This document shows positions 24,421 through 36,419 of a stretch of DNA of 58,266 bases, piece by piece. This stretch comes from Octopus bimaculoides. Lineage: Eukaryota. The notes below the pieces were generated by a model. That model did not search any database, was not told the origin of the DNA, and saw only the letters and a program-made list of their open reading frames with translations. The stretch is from assembly GCF_001194135.2 (NCBI RefSeq), contig NC_069003.1, forward strand, positions 16,922,255 through 16,980,520, given 5' to 3'. The position numbers were made by a program, and so were the translations under genes. Position 1 is the stretch's first letter, and each line of letters begins with the position of its first letter.

Positions 24421-25742
24421 GCAGAATTGTTAGCATGCTGGGCAAAATGCTTCATGGCATTTCATCTGTCATTACGTTCTGAGTTGAAATTCCACTGAGG
24501 TCAACTTTGCCTTTCGTCCTTTTAGGGTTGATAAATTAAGTACCAGTCAAGTACTTAATTTATCGACCTTGTGCCTATAGTATAAAGGATTATTATTATT
24601 ATTACAGTGGTGAGATGGCAAAATCACTAGTGTGTCAGATAAAATGCTTGGTGGTATTTTTTCCAGTCCTTTACATTCCAAGTTTAAATTCCACTGAGGC
24701 TGACTTTACCTTTCAACCTTTTAGGGTTGATGGATTAAGTACCAGCTGAGAACTGTGGTTGATGTAGTCAACTTACCCCCACCCTTCAAATTGGTTTTGT
24801 GCCAAAACTTGAAACCATTATTATTACCATTATTAATTAATATTTTCACTTTATCACAATACCCTAACCCTACAAAATACACTTCAAATTAATCTCTCCA
24901 TTTCCTCAGCTGATCCCCACTGACTGGATAAACACATAGGTCAACATGTATTGTCATTTGACTGATTAGACACAGAGATGCTGAACTGCTGACTTCATTC
25001 AGTGATTTTCCTCTATGTTCTTGCTTTCTCCAAGACCCAATTGCTCCCCTCTCTCCTCCCCAACCTTCTTACTAACACCATTTTGTCTTCTCTCACCCAC
25101 TCCTATATCTTCTCCAAACAACCCCCCCCCCGGCCATATCTATCTGTTTTTACTCTGCTAGAATTTGCCTCTCCTCTCCCAAAGAATTGCTTCCAAATCT
25201 CTTCAGTGTTTCTTTTCATCCTCTCCTATCCATTCTCTTTTTGCTATCCTCCTTTTGTCTATCATTTCTACCTTCTCCACTCCATTGAAACTATTCTTTA
25301 ACTCTTTCTATTTAATTATACACACACACATATATAAGCCCAAGCTCAATTTGGAACTATGTGGTTTCAGAGTTCAGTTGTCCCATTGCATGGCACCTGG
25401 CAACAGGTGCTGGTTTGTTTGTTTCTATAGCTTAGCAGTTCAGCAAAACTGACCAATAGAATATGTACCAGACTTTACAAATAACTATTGTGGTCAATTT
25501 GTTCAACTAAAATCCTTGAAGGTGGTGATGCAGCAAGGCCAATGTCCAATGACTGAAGTAGCTAAATGATACACACACACACACACACACACACATTCTT
25601 AGGAGACTGACTTTCTTTTATCATCACAAAAATGGTAGGTTGGCAGAAAAGACAAGTTCTATAAAAATAAACAATTACCTCAGAAAATATGAAAAAATCA
25701 AAAAGAATTAAGATAAACAAGTAAAAATAATAAAATAAATAT

Positions 25743-25748
25743 TTTATT
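25743..25748 (-). promoter_or_regulatory. Candidate polyadenylation signal of SLC25A38
   Basis: AATAAA on the minus strand ~290 nt after the stop codon, followed by a T-rich tract. Confidence 0.45.
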
Positions 25749-26037
25749 TCATTTTGGTGAGGGACTTTTTGTTATTTTTTTTCTCTTTATAGATAATGAC
25801 AAATTTCTTTCGTGCAGACTTTTAGAATCTCGAAGTAGGACATAAACAATCCTCACCCAATTTACTGCTGTTCAGCTGATCCATGCAAATTGGAAAATGA
25901 TGTTGATTTGGGTTTGGTGCAGAGTTCAGAGTTCAGAGTTTCAAGAAAAAAGGACTTGAAAAGGATATGTCTACTACTGAATGCTTACACCAGATTTTGG
26001 CTTGAAAATTGAAAGATAATTGGCTGCAGGTCAACCA

Positions 26038-26067
26038 TCAAGTTTCTAAACCAAATTTCTTCATCAT
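26038..26067 (-). CDS. SLC25A38: SLC25A38-like, terminal coding exon (MMKKFGLET*)
   Basis: Acceptor cttttcttttttacag, phase 0. Resembles the recalled human C-terminus MMAKMGLKS*. Confidence 0.85.
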   Translation of the reverse strand: MMKKFGLET

Positions 26068-27330
26068 CTGTAAAAAAGAAAAGAGGAGAAATTCTTTCAG
26101 GCATGGCTGTGTGATAAAGGAGTTTGCTTCCCAACCATATGGTTCCACATTCAGTCCTACACACACACACACTTATGTATCATCATCATCATTGTTTAAC
26201 GTCTGCCTTCCATGCTAGCATGGGTACATATATAAATGTATATTTGAAAAAATAAATAAAAATGGCTTTTCTGATAATTTTTCCACTATAATAATGTTCA
26301 TAAGTTTATAAAAGGTGACTCCAAGATCTTAGATCTCGTTTCCTCTCTGATAGCGTCAGTTTTCCACATGTCTGAAAGTTTTTTCTGGATACGTCCACTG
26401 CTTCTTTTTATTAATTTCTTCATATATATAGGTTTTATATTTTTCAAATTTTCCTTTGGAAGTTTGTTACTATAAGGCAAAGCAGTATGATTTTGGCCCA
26501 AAATTTCTGTAGTGCTAAATTGAGGTGAAGGTTTGTTTCTTCATTTGGTTCCAACATAATTTCTTTGATACTAAATTTTCTTGGGAGTATTACTTTTCTG
26601 CTCCTCCACTGTTCATATGTGTTGGCTAAGTTTTCATTTTTTAGTGCTCTCCAATATACCTGTTTTCTTTTATTTAATAGACTATTCCAGATGGTTTTCA
26701 TTTGACTTCTCTTTTCGTATGCCTCCTTTTCCAAGTTGAGTTCATTCCATTCTTTTAATATGTTTTGTGTTGTTGAATTTTGGTTGTGGGTATCTGTTTC
26801 AGGAGTTACGTTTTGGTTTCCATGTCGATAATGGTCTGTAATAAGGGAATGAATCATTTCTCTACAAATCCATGTTTCTTCTTCCATTTCATGGAAAGCA
26901 TTAGTAAGAAATTTGTATTTATTTATTTATCATGATTAAAAGTTTAGGTGAGATATAGCAGTTCAGACTTAGGCGATTTGGCTGCTGTGTAAGCCATCCT
27001 GTCTTGCCCCAATAATAGAATAAGAAATAGAAAGTCTTATATAATAATAAGTAAAAGGGACTAAAAAATCCAGGCAGATATCTATAAAGCACTCAGTGAT
27101 AAATGAATTTAGTTAACTATATCAAACAGATACCAATAAATGCAAGCTAAGTAAACTTCCAAGGTAATTCCTCAGGTGTGACAAGTAAATCCAAATATCA
27201 TTTAGAAAAATTTCAAGAAATTTGGTGTGTAAGATAATAAAAAATAAGAATGAAGAAATCACAACAAAATTTGTTGAAAAAAAGCTGCAATAATTATGCA
27301 TCAACCCTATATATATATATATATATTTAT

Positions 27331-27447
27331 ATATAGCCTGAATGGGATAAAATACCCCTATTTTGCAGGAAAAAAATGTGTAGGTGGTTTAACCACCTAC
27401 ACATTTTTTCTGCAAAATAGGGGTAGTTTATCCTGTTCAGGCTATAT
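27331..27447. repeat. 117-bp near-perfect palindrome, probable hairpin MITE next to (TA)n
   Basis: Arms atatagcctgaatgggataaaatacccc...gtaggtggtt and aaccacctac...ttcaggctatat, centre at 27390; 3 substitutions and a 2-nt indel. Confidence 0.9.
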
Positions 27448-27572
27448 TATTAGCATTATCCTGCGATTGAGAATTTAAAATCACTTCTTTAACTTTCTAA
27501 GACATCTCAACGCTTCTAAAAGCAAACTTCATTCGTTTGTTTGTTTACGTTTATCATAATTTGAATTTAATG

Positions 27573-27606
<34 letters not shown>

Positions 27607-28021
27607 CGGGTTAAAGCAGTATGAAGGAAGGCAGTCTGAACATTTGCGAACACGCAGGAATGAGAGAGAACATTAAATAATTCTAAATGACAATAAATAA
27701 TCGTTTCTACAACAATTTATTTTCCTGAATTTAACTTTTTAAGATTGTATGTATATCAATAAACATCTACTTGAACACAAAATACATGAGTACTGGGAAT
27801 TCAAAGAGTGAGTACATCTTTTTGGGACACCCTATATGTGTATATATACATACACACACATACTAACACATACACACATGATGGGCTTCTTTCAGTGGAA
27901 ACTGAAAGAAGCCTGTTTGTGAGTGTGTGCACATCTGTATGTATGTATGTGTGTGTTACTGTCTCCTCATCTTGCAAATGGTGTCTTTCTTTTCCAATCT
28001 TCCATGGAAACATGTCTGGCA

Positions 28022-28915
28022 ATCATCATCATCATCATCATCGTTTAACGTCCGCTTTCCATGCTAGCATGGGTTGGACGATTTGACTGAGGACTGGTGA
28101 AACCGGATGGCAACACCAGGCTCCAGTCTGATTTGGCAGAGTTTCTACAGCTGGATGCCCTTCCTAACGCCAACCACTCAGAGAGTGTAGTGGGTGCTTT
28201 TACGTGTCACCCGCACGAAAACGGCCACGCTCGAAATGGTGTCTTTTATGNNNNNNNNNNNNNNNNNNNNNNNNNNNNNNNNNNNNNNNNNNNNNNNNNN
28301 NNNNNNNNNNNNNNNNNNNNNNNNNNNNNNNNNNNNNNNNNNNNNNNNNNNNNNNNNNNNNNNNNNNNNNNNNNNNNNNNNNNNNNNNNNNNNNNNNNNN
28401 NNNNNNNNNNNNNNNNNNNNNNNNNNNNNNNNNNNNNNNNNNNNNNNNNNNNNNNNNNNNNNNNNNNNNNNNNNNNNNNNNNNNNNNNNNNNNNNNNNNN
28501 NNNNNNNNNNNNNNNNNNNNNNNNNNNNNNNNNNNNNNNNNNNNNNNNNNNNNNNNNNNNNNNNNNNNNNNNNNNNNNNNNNNNNNNNNNNNNNNNNTAA
28601 TGTTCAGCTTTTCTCTCAAGATACTTACACTCTGACGGGTATTCACATTGACATTACACATCCAACGGAGCATACTGGCTTCATTCCTTGCGAGCTTACG
28701 TATGTCCTCAGCAGTTACAGCCCATGTTTCACTGCCATGTAGCATGGTTGTTCGTACGCATGCGTCATACAGTCTGCCTTTTACTCTGAGTGAGAGTCCC
28801 TTTGTCGCCAGCAGGGGTAAGAGCTCTCTAAACTTTGCCCAGGCTATTCTTATTCTAGCAGCTACACTTTCAGCGCACCCACCCCCACTACTAACTTGGT
28901 CGCCCAGATAGCGGA
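28022..28915 (-). mobile_element. RTE LINE 3' fragment with N gap
   Basis: MLHGSETWAVTAEDIRKLARNEASMLRWMC; the 3' tail is nearly identical to the 3.2 kb copy. Confidence 0.88.
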
Positions 28916-29649
28916 AGCTATCGACGGAAATATAATCTTATTCGGAAATGGGAAGGACATGCAGCTAAAGAAAATCAATGAGGAGAACCACCATGTACAT
29001 ACAGTTTGATCCCATGTTTCCTAGAAGTGTGATGAGTATCTTAGGTACACTATACTTAAAAATAGAGATGGTCACAGCTGGAATGCCTTTGATCATAGGT
29101 TTGTTATAGTCCTGGGTATGACTTTAAGCTACATCTAATGGTGGGGCCCTGGTTCAGGAGTTCCATGGTTTTGAGGAGTGGAGAACCACCTCTTAGCCAT
29201 ATTGATCCCAAGTCTACTTTGTCAAGGTCCCAGCTTATGGGTTAGATAGCATATAAATAGAGGTCAGCTGGGAATAAACAGTCCCAGACCAAATTACAGG
29301 TAGCCCCTTGGCAAGAGTTATTCTTGGGTAAGCACCCAAACCAAAGTTACATTGAACTCATGGGTTGCAGCATGGTGGATGTGAACTATTTAGGCAAATA
29401 TACTTACCAAATCAATGGCAAAAATCTCTTGGTGCTGAGCAGATCAACAGTCAACAAACTGTCAATAGCCAGGCTAAACCAGTTCAGTTAGTGAACTACT
29501 TACTATCTCATCTGTAGTTGTGGCATGCACAGATGAAATATGACTTAAGTTCAAGGCAAGCCACCTGACCAAATAATGATGATGGAGTTATTCACTCAGT
29601 ACTAACCTGGGGCTAAACAACACACAAACAAATATAAGAAATGACTTAC

Positions 29650-29742
29650 ATGTTCATAAACTGTCCAAGCCATAGCAGCCATGAGGCAGCGACGTAAGGC
29701 ACGAGGGACAAAACCTCTTTGGAACCCAATTAAACCTTCTTT
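29650..29742 (-). CDS. SLC25A38: SLC25A38-like exon ([31 protein letters not shown]), 93 nt, phase 0/0
   Basis: Acceptor cttttccag and donor gtaagt. [18 protein letters not shown] is diagnostic of SLC25A38. Confidence 0.95.
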
Positions 29743-30329
29743 CTGGAAAAGAAGACAGAAAAATAAGACAATCAGTATCGGTTTACCTTCCATTCCCCTT
29801 GCTAACCAGCATGAAATTGTCAAAAGTGAAGCCAGAAGTAACTAACTACAAAAACTTAAATTTTTAGAGTGGAAACATCATCATTATTTTTTTAATGTTC
29901 ACTTTTCCCTGCTCGCAAGGAATTTGTTGAGGCAGGTTTTTCTATGGCCAGATGCCTTTCCTGTTGTCAACCCTCACCTATTTTCACAGATGCAATCTCT
30001 GCCCACATCTCAATACTGTTTCTGCCATCTGTAAAGATGAGCATTCTTGGATCTGACTTTACAACTTTGCCCTATGTCTTTTTTTGTCTACCTTCTCCTA
30101 CCATACAACAAACAAACAAGTAAGAGTCAATGACAGACCCTTTATACTAGTGCTTGTTTCATTTAAAAGTAGAAGAACAGATAAGAAAAACTGATTAATG
30201 AAGCGCAAAAACATCACAGCTGGAACACTTTTGTTCAAAATTGTATTCAATCAGGACTGACCTGGGGCTAAACAACAACAACAACAAACAAATACAGGTA
30301 TTTTTTACTCTTTTGTTGGTTTTGGAAAC

Positions 30330-30545
30330 ATGTGGTCTCGTAGTTAGGGTGTTGCACTAAAAATCACAAGATCATAGTTTCAATTCTTGGACTAGGCAGT
30401 GCATTTTATTCTTGAAAAAAACACTTCATTTCATGTTGCTCCAGTTTACTCAGTTGTAAATGAGTAACCCTGTGATAGACTAGCTTCCTGTTCAGGGAAA
30501 ATGTGATCTCACTCACTTATACACCATGGAAACCAGTTCTATGAG
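30330..30545 (+). mobile_element. tRNA-headed SINE (family C), decayed
   Basis: A-box-like tggtctcgtagttagg, B-box-like gtttcaattc, body cactcagttgtaaatgagtaaccctgtgatagactag. Confidence 0.5.
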
Positions 30546-31800
30546 TCCTAGGACTCAGGCAGTACTTGTTGGTTTCAATGTGGTGAAGCTGGGGCAATGT
30601 CTCCAAAATTTGAAGACAATTTTTATCACCAACACTATTTTTCATTGTTACTCATTGAACTCAGAATGTCATAACTTAATGCCACAAGATATTTTGACAG
30701 ATGCTCTGCTGATTCTGCCATATACTATACTAAAGATGTGTATGGTGTTATGTAATAGTACAGTGGTGATTGTAGTTGTAACCCTGACTGAGCACACCTA
30801 TGATCAGAAACATTCAAACCATGACCATCATCCCTCTCTTTTTTCCAGGTATAGTATATCTAGGACTACATTATTCATTGCCTCTTTCCAGTCTTAAAAG
30901 ACTGTAAGGATGTCATATGAGGGATATTTAACTGCAATTTCTGGCAAGTCAAACAACTAGCTGTGTCATATAACACTTTTGCTCTTTAGCCCCAGGTCAG
31001 CCCTGATCCAGCAGACCTATGCTGAAAAGTATTTTAGCCATGACCATACTCACAGTGGAGCTAGAATTACAGTATTCTACGTAGCCTAAAATATTAACCT
31101 TTTAGCATTCAGATTACTCCATCAAATGTAATGTTTATTCATTTACATTGTTTTGAATTAATCATACATTTTCTCAGAATCTCATAGCTTCAAGATTTCA
31201 ATGATGATGATCATTATCTTGTTTGATTTAACACCCACTTTTCATGCCTGCACAGAGTTTTGTTAAAGCAGATTTTCTTCAGCCAGATGCTATTACTAGT
31301 ATCAACCCTCTCTTGTTTCCATTTAAGGTAATAATTCCACAAGAGATACTTTCATGGAAGATGAATGAAGGATACCACTTGCATGACGGTAACATCTGTT
31401 TACAACTATTACATGATGTCAAGGAAAGGAGACCGTAACACAAAGACATACACATACATATGTGTATATACATTACAAGTGTCTTTCAGTTCCCATCTAC
31501 CAAATCCACTCACAAGGTTTTGATTGACCTGGGACTAGAGCAGAAGGCACTAGCCCAAAGTACCAAACAGACCTCTCACATCTACCCTACAATATCATTC
31601 TAAAAATAAGCAATCACAAGTGTAGGCATGGCTGCGTGATAAGAAGTTTGCTTCTGAACCTCATGGTTCTGGGTTCAGTCCCACTGTTTGGTACCTTGGG
31701 CTAGGTGTGATTTCAAAGTTAACTTGGTTATTATTTCTAGCAATGTTGACTGGCCACATGTGGGCTCTTCTTCTTGTTATTTGTAAATTGTATTACTCAC

Positions 31801-31967
31801 CTGATAGATATAAAGTGTAGCATCTTGGATAGTTGGATAAGTCTTGGGGTGTAGCTGCATGTGTGTCTTAATGACATCTGCTGGTTGAGTGAGTATTGAA
31901 GCCAGCACACCAGCAAGAATTCCACAGTTGAAATGTAGCAGGGGTAGATAAGATTCATTGACAATGT
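31801..31967 (-). CDS. SLC25A38: SLC25A38-like exon (D-IVNESYLPLLHFNCGILAGVLASILTQPADVIKTHMQLHPKTYPTIQDATLYIYQ), 167 nt, phase 1/0
   Basis: Acceptor ctgtcttacag and donor gtgagt; carrier signature PADVIKTH. Confidence 0.95.
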
Positions 31968-32326
31968 CTGTAAGACAGAAAGTTAATATTCAATTCAGTA
32001 GTGGAACCAATAAATTGTTAACAGTTTTTGTCATACTGGAGCACTAATAGGATAGCTTATCATCATTATCATTTAACATCCACTTTTTTATGCCTGCATT
32101 GATCAGATGAAGTTTGTTGAGGCAGATTTTCTACAGCCTAATATCCATCATGGTGCCAACTCTCACTTGTTTCCAAGCAAGATAATATTTCCCCCATGGC
32201 CAGACATGTTTTCTACAGAAGACTGGAAATGAAAGCCATTGAACATATGATGGTAATGCTTGTTTACAACATTACATGATATCAAGGTAAGACAACAGCA
32301 AAACACATACATTCATTTTATTATCT

Positions 32327-32362
<36 letters not shown>

Positions 32363-32374
32363 CACTATGAGTTT

Positions 32375-32690
32375 CTTCCAGTTTCTGCCTACCAGATCCA
32401 CTTACAAGCTTTTTATTGGCCTGAGAGTATAAAAGAAGACACTTGTCTATGGTGCCATGCAAAGATATTGAACCCAAAACCATATGATTGAGAAGCAGGC
32501 TTACCACACAACTATGTTTGCAACTTATATATATTACATACAGGAGTAACAGTGTGGTTAAGTAGTTTGCTTCCTGACCACATAGTTTTGGATTCAGTTC
32601 CACTGCATAGCACCTTGAGCAAGTGTCTTCCAATATAGTTCCAGGATGACCAAAGACTTGTGAATGGATTTGATAGATGGAAACTGAAAT
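32375..32690. mobile_element. Two family-A SINE 5' halves, head-to-head
   Basis: Minus copy ~32375-32520 and plus copy ~32545-32690, separated by ~25 nt. Confidence 0.7.
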
Positions 32691-32744
32691 CAGCCTATTG
32701 TGTATATGTGTACGTGTATGTGTATATTTTTGTATATATGAGAC

Positions 32745-33134
32745 AGTGACAGGAAAAGTAGACTATATGATGCTTGTGTACGAACAGCTGTACTCCATGG
32801 AAGTGAGACATGGATTGTGAATGCTGAAGACATGTGTAGACTGGAGAGAAACGAAGGTAGTATGCTCTGTTGGATGTGCAACATCAGTGCACATGTGCTA
32901 CAAAGTGCAAATGTATTGAGAGAAAAGTTGGGCATTAGAGGAATCAAATGTAGCATGCAAGAGAGAAGACTACAATGGTTTGGACATGTGATGCATATGA
33001 ATGAAGACAGCTGCATAAAGAAGTGCCAATCACTGAAAGTGGATGGTACCCACGGAAGGAGACATGGAATGAAGTGTTAAGGACCACGAAACTGAGTTCT
33101 AGAAGCGCTGTGTACCACAACAAACCAAACTACA
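32745..33134 (+). mobile_element. RTE LINE 3' fragment (host of the PLE insertion; probably resumes after 35461)
   Basis: LERNEGSMLCWMC...RRLQWFGHVMHM. Confidence 0.8.
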
Positions 33135-33292
33135 GTTCTATATTTAAGAGATCAGGAATTATGTACATTATTTACATTTGATGGATATTTGTCCTCATCT
33201 TGTTTGTCGTTTCAGCTGATATACCCTCTTGGGGAAATTTCGAACCTGGGTTCTCATTCCTAAGGTATTTTTCGATATTATTATTATTATTA

Positions 33293-34736
33293 TCTATATA
33301 TATAAAAATGAGAATGTGTGCCTGTCTGTCTGTCTGTCTGTGTGAATCCCTAAAACTCGAAAACTACGCAACCAATTTCATTCAAATTTTACACATGCCT
33401 TACTTAGGGTTCCAGTTGTGTTTTAGTCAAAAAAAATTATTAACTTCTTGCAGAGTTCGAGCACACAGCAACATAATATCTCCTCCACTATTTAAGTATT
33501 ACGTGTCAAAAGTGAAACAAAAACACTCATGTCAAATACTTTCACTTTAAAAATGAAACTATTCCACTAACTGNNNNNNNNNNNNNNNNNNNNNNNNNNN
33601 NNNNNNNNNNNNNNNNNNNNNNNNNNNNNNNNNNNNNNNNNNNNNNNNNNNNNNNNNNNNNNNNNNNNNNNNNNNNNNNNNNNNNNNNNNNNNNNNNNNN
33701 NNNNNNNNNNNNNNNNNNNNNNNNNNNNNNNNNNNNNNNNNNNNNNNNNNNNNNNNNNNNNNNNNNNNNNNNNNNNNNNNNNNNNNNNNNNNNNNNNNNN
33801 NNNNNNNNNNNNNNNNNNNNNNNNNNNNNNNNNNNNNNNNNNNNNNNNNNNNNNNNNNNNNNNNNNNNNNNNNNNNNNNNNNNNNNNNNNNNNNNNNNNN
33901 NNNNNNNNNNNNNNNNNNNNNNNNNNNNNNNNNNNNNNNNNNNNNNNNNNNNNNNNNNNNNNNNNNNNNNNNNNNNNNNNNNNNNNNNNNNNNNNNNNNN
34001 NNNNNNNNNNNNNNNNNNNNNNNNNNNNNNNNNNNNNNNNNNNNNNNNNNNNNNNNNNNNNNNNNNNNNNNNNNNNNNNNNNNNNNNNNNNNNNNNNNNN
34101 NNNNNNNNNNNNNNNNNNNNNNNNNNNNNNNNNNNNNNNNNNNNNNNNNNNNNNNNNNNNNNNNNNNNNNNNNNNNNNNNNNNNNNNNNNNNNNNNNNNN
34201 NNNNNNNNNNNNNNNNNNNNNNNNNNNNNNNNNNNNNNNNNNNNNNNNNNNNNNNNNNNNNNNNNNNNNNNNNNNNNNNNNNNNNNNNNNNNNNNNNNNN
34301 NNNNNNNNNNNNNNNNNNNNNNNNNNNNNNNNNNNNNNNNNNNNNNNNNNNNNNNNNNNNNNNNNNNNNNNNNNNNNNNNNNNNNNNTCTTCTCTTGGAA
34401 GAGCCCTGCTTCTCACATGGACAACTGTATGTTGGCTGCTCAAGAGTGGGCAGCAACAAAAAACCTATTTGTATATGCTCCACAAGGGAAAACAAGGAAC
34501 ATAGTTTACAATGAGGTGTTATAATCACAACAGCAAGAAAGTATGTACATGATCACCTTCTTTTACGAAACTTCATTGACTTTCATATATTTATATTGAT
34601 ATACATATATATATACGTGTGTTTGGGTGCGTGTGTGTATATACATCTCTATATATAAAGATGATGCGTAGTCTAGACGGCGTTTTTAGATTTCATTATT
34701 CTCTTTAACCCGGGCAACGCCGGGTATTTCTGCTAG
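33293..34736 (+). mobile_element. Helitron (non-autonomous or gap-obscured) inserted at A|T within (ATT)n
   Basis: 5' TC-TATATATAAAA; helicase C-terminus CFSHGQLYVGCSRVG (34390-34524, one frameshift); hairpin acccgg-gcaacg-ccgggt (34708-34725); CTAG|T end. Confidence 0.9.
33574..34387. other. Assembly gap (others: 3420-3535, 24007-24016, 28251-28597, 37011-38000, 46482-46491, 54656-54870)
   Basis: Runs of N. Most interrupt repeats; the long X-filled ORFs in the track are artefacts. Confidence 1.
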
Positions 34737-36419
34737 TTATTAATATTATTCAGGTCACTGCTTGGAATCGAACTCGGAATCTTAACCGCTACCCCATATG
34801 CCTGTGGGCAATTATGAAGTGAATTTTAGGGCTTATAAATCTAATATTTTCCTATCCTTCTTTAATACCGGTTCCCATATGCTGCTCATATCTGCACTCG
34901 GTCTGCTTAGGAGGTTGCTGTGTTCTAGCATATGTGCTGCTTCTTTTAGTTTTCATATTTGCCAGTGGTGTTCTATGTCTATTATTTTAACTTCATCCCA
35001 CAGGAGGAGATGGTCTCCATTTTCCCATACATGATCAGCGAAACTCAATTTATCAATATATCCTCGTGTCGCAGCTTTGCGATGTTCCTGTACCCTCATT
35101 TTGAGGGGGCAGTATGTTTCGCCTTTGTATAACCTACCACAGCTGCATGGGATGGAGTACACACAGTCTTTGGTCATATTCTCTTCTATTGGTGGTTTTA
35201 CTCGAAGGAGATATTTGCAAAGTGTTGTATTACTCTTGAATACTGTCCTGATGTCATTTGGGCCGCATATCTTTTGTACAACAACAACAGCGGCGGTGAC
35301 GACGACGACAACGAAAAATACTTTAGGAATAAGAACTCAGGTTTGAAATTTCCCTGATGAAGGTTGGAGGGTATATCAGCTGAAATGTTGTGTTAACAAC
35401 AAACAAGATGAGGACAAATATCCGTCAAATGTAAATAATGTAATTAATAAACCAAACTACATCTCTACATCCTTTCTCTTCTTCGCATTCCCACTTCATG
35501 TACTATGATTACCTCTTGGTCCGGTGCCACTGCATCATTGCTTTCTGTTTGCCCTAACCTGTGCGTTCTACCCACATCCCTTGTTTCACCCTATTGTTGC
35601 CATCTGCTAGCCCCGATCTGGGTGTTCTACCTACCCATAACAAGAAACCTTTTCCCTCGCCCTACCCCAACAAACCAATTTACATCTCTTTCTTGCATTT
35701 CCTCCTTCATTCATTATACCTAGCTCTTACTCCCCAATCCTGTCCTCACACCTCTGTATCATTGCTATCCAGTAGCCCCTCCAACTCTATGCATATCCAG
35801 GTCTTTCGCCACTTACTCGCACTCCCTTCACAATATCCTGTCACTTATATTATGACATTTGAACCTCAAAGGTATGCTCTGGCACTTGCCACTATCTATA
35901 TCTCTCTCTTCCTTTACTCAACCACCTCATTTATACTCTGATCCCCGTTCCATGTGAGCATGCCTGGCATTTTGCTACCATTTCCATCCTACATTTTCTC
36001 CTTCTTGTGGTCTCTCCACTCTCTCTCCTTCTCCTGCACTTCCCTCAAGCTGGGCAACTGTGTATTCTCTTTGCAGTAACACACCTATTTCTGTCTTCAT
36101 CCCTGATCTTTCTCTTTCCAGTCGGGTAACCTTGTACTTCCTCTTCAGCAAGACACCTCTATCTGTCTCACTATAACCTTTTCCTCATCACCTCCTCCAA
36201 TGCTGCTTCCCCGCTTCAAAGTTTTTGTCTTGCAAGTACTTGGTGACCTTGTCAGTGCAGGTGTCACTTAAAAGCACCCAGTCCACACTGTAAAGTGGTT
36301 GGTGTTTGGAAGGACATCCAGCTGTAAAAGCCTTGCCAAAACTGACCCACCTTTCCTTGTGCCACATAAAAAGCACTAAGTCCACTCTGCTGAGTGATTG
36401 CTGTTAGGAAGGGCATCCA

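Larger units (their letters stand above)
33135..35448 (-). mobile_element. Penelope-like element with inverted pseudo-LTR, 13-bp TSD
   Basis: GIY-YIG fragment CVYSIPCSCGRLYKGET...EHRKA (34953-35177). The two ends are reverse complements. TSD aaaccaaactaca at 33122-33134 and 35449-35461. Confidence 0.85.

Noticed and set aside
29520-29580. Alternative terminal exon candidate (VACLELKSY...)
   Set aside because: Weak acceptor; 26038-26067 has a much better splice site and C-terminal match.
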